This document shows positions 57,725 through 64,000 of a stretch of DNA of 64,000 bases, in pieces. This DNA is from Shimia sp. GTDB taxonomy: Bacteria; Pseudomonadota; Alphaproteobacteria; Rhodobacterales; Rhodobacteraceae. The DNA is taken from assembly GCA_024224295.1 (NCBI GenBank), contig JAAENN010000177.1, forward strand, positions 79 to 64,078, written 5' to 3'. The notes under the pieces are model-generated. The model worked only from the letters and a program-made list of their open reading frames with translations. It did not search any database and had not been told where the DNA came from. Position 1 is the first letter of the stretch. The number at the start of each line of letters is the position of its first letter. Both the position numbers and the translations under genes were made by a program.

Positions 57725-58804
57725 TTAGTTGGTCGCGCTCATGCCCATGGCGCGTTTAGACATCAGCTCGATTGCGTTGCCTGCGGCGCGTGTATAAGGC
57801 GGCCAAAACATGCTCTCCTCAAAGAATTCCGGGTTGGCTTCGATCAGCGGGTTGGTGTCTACCAAGGAAGAGGACGCGACCATGCCCAACCCTTCAACCA
57901 CGCGGGTCTGAACCTCTTTGCCGATGAAATAGTTGGCAAAGATCTCCGCGGCTTCAAGTTTGTCGCCTTCCAGATGTTTGGCAAAGTTGATGGTGTCGAG
58001 CCAGACGGTATTGCCTTCTTCAAATGGCACTAGCCCCCAGTTACCACCCTCTGCAATGGCTGCGGACGCGCCCACGCCATAAGAGGCCACCAAATCATAT
58101 TCGCCAGTGAAGGGCGGGGAAGCACTCCAGAACTGTCCAACCTGGCCGTATAGTGCATTCATGGTCTGTTGCAGGTCGCTGTCAGGGGAGGCGAGGGCAC
58201 CCAAAGTTGCTCGGTCGCCAGAGACGTCGTTCACCTCAAAGGCAGAACGGTCAAGCGCGAGCAGCGCCAGGGATACGTTTGGATGCACTTGCCCATCGGT
58301 TAGCGACAAGCGGCCTTTCCATTCCGGCTCGAGCGTAGCCTTCACGGAAGTTGGCATCTCTTGAACTGTGTCTAGGTTGGCCCAGATCCCATAGGCTCCA
58401 CCGCCCCATGGAATGTATAGGTGTTCAGCGCCCTTCATTCCCATTGGAATGTCGGTCAGCGCCTTGGACAGGTGCTGGTAGTTCTCCAGGCGGGGCGAGT
58501 TTACGTTGATTGGCTGCAGCATGTTGGCAGAGGGGCTGCCTTCCATGTTGATGTAGTTCAACGTCAGGAACGAGACATCCACATCGCCGGAGCGCAGCAT
58601 GTCAAACATCTGCCGCGGCCCTTCTGCTACGGTTTCCAGTAAGTTGACCTGGACGTCGTAGCCATGCTCCTTAAGGAGAGCATTTACAGCCGTGATCTCA
58701 GCCTCGGTAACGTAACCATCCCAAGTAAAGACATTAAGTTGCTCGGTTGCGTGGGCCATGCTTGCGCTTGCCGCCAGAATACTTCCGATTAATGCGTGTT
58801 TCAT
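57725..58804 (-). CDS. Orphan extracellular solute-binding protein (PotD/PotF-like fold)
   Basis: Signal peptide ending AHA; LNVFTWDGYV, IPWGGG, LEPEWKG, TVWLDT; no permease nearby. Confidence 0.8.
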   Translation of the reverse strand: MKHALIGSILAASASMAHATEQLNVFTWDGYVTEAEITAVNALLKEHGYDVQVNLLETVAEGPRQMFDMLRSGDVDVSFLTLNYINMEGSPSANMLQPINVNSPRLENYQHLSKALTDIPMGMKGAEHLYIPWGGGAYGIWANLDTVQEMPTSVKATLEPEWKGRLSLTDGQVHPNVSLALLALDRSAFEVNDVSGDRATLGALASPDSDLQQTMNALYGQVGQFWSASPPFTGEYDLVASYGVGASAAIAEGGNWGLVPFEEGNTVWLDTINFAKHLEGDKLEAAEIFANYFIGKEVQTRVVEGLGMVASSSLVDTNPLIEANPEFFEESMFWPPYTRAAGNAIELMSKRAMGMSATN

Positions 58805-58997
58805 CTAGGAACCCCAGTTGTTGAAAACAGTGTTTGCGACGAACGAGTAAATTGTCCTCGTTCGACTTGGCGCAAGATTGTGTGGCAACCAATAACAACT
58901 TATAAATGAAATCAAATCGCCCGCTACCGTTCCTGGTAGAATTTCGCGCAAAGTTGAAAGGCTCTTAATTTCAATTTTCCACAGTCTGTTACACAAC

Positions 58998-59030
58998 AAA
59001 AAAAACGCGGCGCCCGGAGGCACCGCGTTT
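58998..59030 (-). terminator. Intrinsic terminator of rplY (copy 2 of a duplicated terminator)
   Basis: AAAAAAAACGCGGCGCCCGGAGGCACCGCGTTT. Confidence 0.78.
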
Positions 59031-59057
59031 CCACAAACCGCATATGCGGTGATGTGA

Positions 59058-59693
59058 TTATTCTTCGGCTGCGGCTTCTTCGCCTTCAGCTTCGCCGTCT
59101 TCGTCATCACCAGCAGAGCGCAGGCCGGATGGCGCGGACAAGTTCGCGATTACGAAGTCACGGTCGATGGTTGGCTTGGCGCCTTCAGGCAGATCGATCT
59201 GGCTGATGGTGATGGTGTCACCAATGTCTTTGCCTGTCAGGTCAACAACCAGACGCTCAGGGATGTCGCCTGCGGTCACGTTCAGCTCAACTTCGGGACG
59301 CACGATGGTCAGCACGCCGCCTTTTTTGATGCCGGGCGCTTCTTCTTCGTTTTCAAAATCAACATGGATGAACAGGCTGATTTTCGAAGTGCGGCGCAGA
59401 CGCAGCAGGTCGATGTGTGTTGGCAGGTCTTTTATGGTGTCACGTTGAACGCCGCGGCAGATCACACGTACGTCTTCTTGACCTTCCACTTTCAGGTTGA
59501 ACAGTGTGGACAGGAAGCGGCCGTCTTTCAGTTTCTTGAACAGAACGTTGAAAGGGATCTGGATTGCCACTGGGTCGGCTTCGCCGCCGTAAACAACACC
59601 AGGAACGAAGCCGTCGCGACGTGCTTGACGAGCGGCGCCCTTGCCTGTCCCCGTGCGTGCTTCGGCGATAAGATCAGGAATTTGACCAGCCAT
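59058..59693 (-). CDS. rplY: 50S ribosomal protein L25 / general stress protein Ctc
   Basis: [32 protein letters not shown], acidic tail. Confidence 0.96.
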   Translation of the reverse strand: MAGQIPDLIAEARTGTGKGAARQARRDGFVPGVVYGGEADPVAIQIPFNVLFKKLKDGRFLSTLFNLKVEGQEDVRVICRGVQRDTIKDLPTHIDLLRLRRTSKISLFIHVDFENEEEAPGIKKGGVLTIVRPEVELNVTAGDIPERLVVDLTGKDIGDTITISQIDLPEGAKPTIDRDFVIANLSAPSGLRSAGDDEDGEAEGEEAAAEE

Positions 59694-59797
59694 ATTGAAT
59701 TCTCCATATACATAGGCAGGGATCCTCCAAGGCTGTATCCCCGCGTGAAGCCGCGCCTATAGCGTGGATTTGCCAGAATGCAAAGGGGATTCGCACT

Positions 59798-60424
59798 TTA
59801 TGTGCTGTGAAACTCCCGCAAAATGCCGCCGGCTGCGACGACCTTGTCGTAAAGCGCAAAATCTGCTGGGCGTGCGCGCCGGAAAGCGGCCTCCACGTCT
59901 GGGGACAGAGTGGCCTCTACTGTCGGGGAAACGTTCTTTTGACGGGGCAAGACGTCGTCGCCAAACCGCTCTCTTAAAAACGCCTGCAGCAGGTCTTGGC
60001 GTTCATAGGCAAAGAGGTGGTCGACTGGGACGTCGCCAACGCCCAGAGACAGGAACGACGCCTGCGAGCCGATACCCGCGGCTTTAGAGGGGTGGGGGCT
60101 GATGGCGTCTAGCAGGAAGTCATCGAAGCTGACGCCACCGTGGCAGGTCGGGTTGTTGTGATCCATACGCTCTGGACTGCGGTATTTGTACCAGCTGCGG
60201 GCATGGTCAATCGGATCGCGCACCACCGCCACACGTTCGGGTGTGATGCCGTAGGTGTCTTTCAGAAAGGGGGCGAGCTTGGCGTGATATTTGCCGATGG
60301 TCATGTGTTTCACGCGTTTGGTGAACACCACGTCTGCGCGTTTGCGTAAGGCCAATTCATAGGCAGTGGTGCCGGTCTTGGGCACCGACAAAAATGCCAA
60401 ATTTGGTTTGAAAAAGACCAACAT
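59798..60424 (-). CDS. Sulfotransferase-fold hypothetical protein
   Basis: PKTGTTA (5'-PSB-like) and RDPIDHARSWY (3'-PB-like) motifs. Confidence 0.65.
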   Translation of the reverse strand: MLVFFKPNLAFLSVPKTGTTAYELALRKRADVVFTKRVKHMTIGKYHAKLAPFLKDTYGITPERVAVVRDPIDHARSWYKYRSPERMDHNNPTCHGGVSFDDFLLDAISPHPSKAAGIGSQASFLSLGVGDVPVDHLFAYERQDLLQAFLRERFGDDVLPRQKNVSPTVEATLSPDVEAAFRRARPADFALYDKVVAAGGILREFHST

Positions 60425-60489
60425 ACGCGTGCTACCTCTTGCCCGGTTCGTTTATGGCGCGCCGGGCAAGAGCTTGTCAAAGCGATTGA

Positions 60490-61656
60490 TCAGGTCTGCC
60501 AGCGGCCTTCGAAGTTTTCTGGCACCAGAAGGACATCGCGGTCCAGCTCATCAATGGTGCGGCGACCGCAGAGCGCCATGGAGACATCAAGCTCCTTGTG
60601 GATCACCTCAAGCGCTTTGGTCACACCAGCTTCGCCCATGGCGCCAAGACCATAGATGAACGCGCGTCCGATGTATGTGCCCTTAGCACCCAGGGCCAGA
60701 GCCTTAAGCACGTCTTGTCCAGAGCGGATGCCGCTGTCCAGATGCACTTCTACCTCATCGCCAACGGCCTCCATGATGGAAGGCAGGGCGCGGATGGCGC
60801 TGAGTGCGCCGTCAAGCTGGCGTCCGCCATGGTTGGACACCACAATCGCATCGGCCCCAACCTTGAGCGCCATTTTTGCGTCGTCGGCATCAAGAATGCC
60901 TTTGAGGATGACCTTGCCGCCCCACTTCTCTTTGATCTTCGCGACTTTGTCCCAGTCCAGCGTGAGATCAAAGCTTTCCGCGGTCCAAGCACCAAGGTCG
61001 GCGGTGTCGGTAATGCCGTCTACATGGCCAACGATATTACCAAAGTTGCGGCGTTTCGCCCCGAGCATTTCAATTCCCCAGCGCCACTTGGTCATCAGGT
61101 TGGCAATGGTGGAGGGGGTCAACTTGGGCGGGGCGGACAGGCCGTTTTTTAGGTCTTTGTGACGTTGGCCGAGAATTTGCAGGTCCAAAGTGATCACCAA
61201 TGCGGAACAGTTGGCGTCCTTGGCACGTTGGATCAGTCGGTCCACGAAGTCTTCGTCCGTCATGGTGTATAGCTGAAACCAGAAGGGCTTGGTGGTGGCC
61301 TCGGCTACTTCCTCAATCGAATTGATAGACATAGTGGACAAAGTGAAGGGCACGCCAAATTTTTCGGCAGCGCGGGCGGCTTTGATTTCCCCATCAGCGC
61401 ATTGCATGCCTGTGAGCCCTACGGGCGCAAGGGCGACCGGCATGGCCACGTCCTGGCCGATCATTTGACTGGCGGTGGAGCGGCCAGACATATCCACTGC
61501 CACGCGTTGGCGCAGATAAATGTCGGCAAAATCAGATGTGTTTTCGACAAAGGTCTTTTCTGTCCAGCTACCGGTCTCGGCATAATCGTAAAACATACGG
61601 GGCGCGCGGCGTTGATAGAGGCGCTTGAGGTCCTCGATACAGGTGATAACAGGCAT
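60490..61656 (-). CDS. lldD: FMN-dependent alpha-hydroxy acid dehydrogenase (L-lactate dehydrogenase)
   Basis: APVGLTG, WFQLY, LKGIL, SNHGGRQLD, DSGIRSGQD. Confidence 0.9.
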   Translation of the reverse strand: MPVITCIEDLKRLYQRRAPRMFYDYAETGSWTEKTFVENTSDFADIYLRQRVAVDMSGRSTASQMIGQDVAMPVALAPVGLTGMQCADGEIKAARAAEKFGVPFTLSTMSINSIEEVAEATTKPFWFQLYTMTDEDFVDRLIQRAKDANCSALVITLDLQILGQRHKDLKNGLSAPPKLTPSTIANLMTKWRWGIEMLGAKRRNFGNIVGHVDGITDTADLGAWTAESFDLTLDWDKVAKIKEKWGGKVILKGILDADDAKMALKVGADAIVVSNHGGRQLDGALSAIRALPSIMEAVGDEVEVHLDSGIRSGQDVLKALALGAKGTYIGRAFIYGLGAMGEAGVTKALEVIHKELDVSMALCGRRTIDELDRDVLLVPENFEGRWQT

Positions 61657-61801
61657 AAATTCACTCTCAGGTCGCTTTTTGGTAAATGTTCCGTACCAAT
61701 GTGGGGGCTTTGATGCAATCGCTTTTGGCTCTTAACGATGCGTTTACTGTTTGTACCTATTCTGTTCTTGTAGTTATCGTATGAGTGGCGCGGAGGTCCG
61801 C

Positions 61802-62347
61802 ATGAAAGGCATTATTTTTGTCGAATTGATACGTATGGCCGAGTCCGTGATGGGCGAAGAGGCGGTAGATGACATTCTGGAAAAGGTGAACTTGGAGAAC
61901 GACGGCGCATTTAGCGCGGTTGGCAATTATCCCTGTCGCGAGCTTTTGCAGATTGTGGATGCGGTTGGTGCAGAGCTTGGCGCGCCAGTTGAGGCGCTTC
62001 ATAAGCAGTTTGGCCATTGGATGTTTGGCCGATTTGTGGAGGGTTACCCAACTTTTTTTGAGGGCAAAACCGACGGTTTTGACATGTTGGAATCGATTGA
62101 GAACGAAGTCCATGTTGAGGTGCGTAAGCTTTACCCAGAGGTTGAGCTGCCTACCTTTGCAACAGAGTGGTTGGCGGGAGGACAGTTTAAAATGATTTAC
62201 GCCAGCGAGCGACCACTTCAGCACTTTTGCCACGGGCTGGTCGAGGCCTGTTTGCTGCATTTCAAACAAGATGTTTCTATCGAAATGACTGAGCGCAAGG
62301 ACGGTGGTAGCTTCTATGCGGAATTCCTGATGCAAACGGCCGCGTGA
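61802..62347 (+). CDS. H-NOX (heme NO-binding) protein
   Basis: MKGIIF N-terminus, VGNYP, proximal His in EVHVEVRKLYP, YxSxR (YASER). GGAGG precedes ATG 61802. Confidence 0.92.
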   Translation: MKGIIFVELIRMAESVMGEEAVDDILEKVNLENDGAFSAVGNYPCRELLQIVDAVGAELGAPVEALHKQFGHWMFGRFVEGYPTFFEGKTDGFDMLESIENEVHVEVRKLYPEVELPTFATEWLAGGQFKMIYASERPLQHFCHGLVEACLLHFKQDVSIEMTERKDGGSFYAEFLMQTAA

Positions 62348-63720
62348 TGTATCTGCGTGATCCAATCGCAGTTCCTGCGGATTCTGTTTCTAGGCGACGA
62401 TACTTGCGAGAACGTGTCGCGCGCGAGGAAGCCGAGGCGCTTCTGGAGGGTAAAAGCCGGGAGCTTTACGATGCCAATCAAAGGCTGCAGGGACTACTGA
62501 GCACCATGGAGCAGGCGGTGCATGAGCGGACGCAGGAGTTGGTAGAGTCGCGCGTGGCGGCAGAGTCCGCAAACGAGGCCAAATCTGTGTTTTTGGCCTC
62601 TATGAGTCATGAAATCCGCACGCCGCTCAATGGAATTCTTGGAATGGCGCAAGCGCTGGATGACAGCGGCTTAAGTGACGAACAAGCTAAACTTGTGACA
62701 ATACTGGGCGACAGCGGGCGGCTGTTGCTGGCGATCATCAATGACGTGCTCGACATTTCAAAGATTGAAGCCGGTAAATTGGAATTCGAAATTATCCCTT
62801 ACCAGCTTACGGAATTGCTGGATGGCATGCGGCACCACTATCAGTTTCGTGCGCGGGAAAAGGGACTGGAGTTTCATACGGAATTGACACCGGCGGCCCG
62901 ATGCTTGGTGAAGACGGATCCCGTGCGCCTTCAGCAGGTAGTGGGCAATCTCTTATCAAACGCAATAAAGTTCACGGAGGTCGGATCAGTGACGCTGAGT
63001 GTTGATGTGATTCCACATCGATCTGGCAAGTCGGTTCTGAGCATAAAGGTCAAGGACACCGGACCTGGCATCCCAAAAGCGCAGCAATTTCGGTTGTTTG
63101 AGCGGTTCAGTCAGGCCAACGCAAGCGTCACGCGTGTGCATGGTGGTACAGGGCTTGGTCTGGCGATATCTCGCCATATCTGTGAGCTTATGGAGGGAGA
63201 GATTTCCCTGCGCTCGGTGCCCGGCGAGGGGGCGGAGTTTCATGCAAAAGTCATGGTCGAGGAGACGAAAGGCAAGGTTGCACAGTGTAATGGGAGATCG
63301 ACCACGGATGCCGGGAGGAGCCTATCCAACTTACGTGTTCTTGCGGCGGAGGATAACCGGACCAATCAGGTAGTGCTCAAACACATGCTTAAGAAAGTTG
63401 GCCTGACTTTAGACATTGTCGACAACGGAGAAAAAGCCGTGCAGGCTTGGCAAAAGACCCGATATGATATGGTGCTGATGGATATCAATATGCCGGTCAT
63501 GGATGGTATTGAAGCAACGCGGCGCATCCGGGAACTCGAAAGCCGGAATATGCAGGAACCGACGCCCATTCTTGCTGTCAGTGCAAATGCCATGGTGCAT
63601 CAGGTCGCTGGGTATCTTTCGAAGGGCATGAGTGGGCATGTGGCGAAACCGATCAGTCGGGAAAGTCTTGTAGAAGCCATGGCCACAGCTTTGCGCGCAG
63701 AGGGGCGCTGGCCTGAGTAG
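62347..63720 (+). CDS. H-NOX-associated hybrid histidine kinase (HisKA-HATPase-REC)
   Basis: RERVAREEAEALLEGKSRELY coiled coil, SHEIRTPLNG, NAIKFT, GGTGLGL, AEDN...LMDINMP...AKP. TGATG overlap with the H-NOX gene. Confidence 0.92.
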   Translation: MYLRDPIAVPADSVSRRRYLRERVAREEAEALLEGKSRELYDANQRLQGLLSTMEQAVHERTQELVESRVAAESANEAKSVFLASMSHEIRTPLNGILGMAQALDDSGLSDEQAKLVTILGDSGRLLLAIINDVLDISKIEAGKLEFEIIPYQLTELLDGMRHHYQFRAREKGLEFHTELTPAARCLVKTDPVRLQQVVGNLLSNAIKFTEVGSVTLSVDVIPHRSGKSVLSIKVKDTGPGIPKAQQFRLFERFSQANASVTRVHGGTGLGLAISRHICELMEGEISLRSVPGEGAEFHAKVMVEETKGKVAQCNGRSTTDAGRSLSNLRVLAAEDNRTNQVVLKHMLKKVGLTLDIVDNGEKAVQAWQKTRYDMVLMDINMPVMDGIEATRRIRELESRNMQEPTPILAVSANAMVHQVAGYLSKGMSGHVAKPISRESLVEAMATALRAEGRWPE

Positions 63721-64000
63721 CGTCAGAGCCAGTGCGTTGCGCAGCACTGTTGAGAACGCGACAGGAAGGTGCTGCCCGGTCAATTAAGTGAAACTGGTGA
63801 GTATTTGAGTGCCCTTTGCCCCGCGTTTTAACGGTAGGCGTCTGTTCTGGTGACGTCTTTTAAACAGGTCTGTGCCGTAAGCCGTGACCAAGAGAGTAGA
63901 CTGTTTCTAGCTGGCTCAGCGGGAATGTCTGGTTGGTGTGTCCCGGCCCGGTGCGAAGGCCGTAGATTTAAGTTTGTCAGAGCCGCGTGATGCAGCGAAC

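Noticed and set aside
63721-64000. Sequence after the hybrid kinase
   Set aside because: No recognisable reading frame, RNA motif or repeat in the 280 bp available
1-64000. CRISPR arrays, tRNA/rRNA genes, transposases, integrases, prophage genes
   Set aside because: I saw no regularly spaced repeats, cloverleaf or rRNA signatures, or DDE/tyrosine-recombinase motifs by eye; tRNAscan-SE and ISEScan were not run

Overview
A 64 kb chromosomal window that looks like a Roseobacter-group alphaproteobacterium (Rhodobacterales). This is inferred from the gene set (irr-fabA, phoH-ybeY-corC-lnt-metK with a SAM/SAH riboswitch, aroA-cmk-rpsA) and was not confirmed by a database search. The housekeeping backbone includes fabB, fabA, irr, miaB, phoH, ybeY, corC, lnt, metK, trmB, aroA, cmk, rpsA, argE, bpt, rplY and lldD. 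It is repeatedly interrupted by accessory genes: a ~9.8 kb block between fabA and fabB (thermonuclease, iron ABC transporter, frcBCAK/frcR fructose locus with a dead fructokinase), a small ORF inside phoH-ybeY, a membrane gene inside aroA-cmk, a ~4.7 kb block between cmk and rpsA, and a nuclease plus orphan binding protein next to rplY. I found no rRNA, tRNA, CRISPR array, transposase or integrase. The most unusual items are: (i) an OmpA-domain protein and an adjacent lipoprotein that share a ~33-aa Cys/His/Asp module; (ii) a signal-less NucA/EndoG-type nuclease fused to a Rho-N-like domain with no inhibitor gene nearby; (iii) a tandem pair of unknown two-TM, two-Cys small proteins; (iv) a PcaB-like protein that stays in frame but lacks its catalytic regions; and (v) an H-NOX/hybrid kinase pair. 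Start codons were moved from the ORF track where the RBS, gene overlap or family N-terminus supported it. Family calls come from motif recognition by eye.
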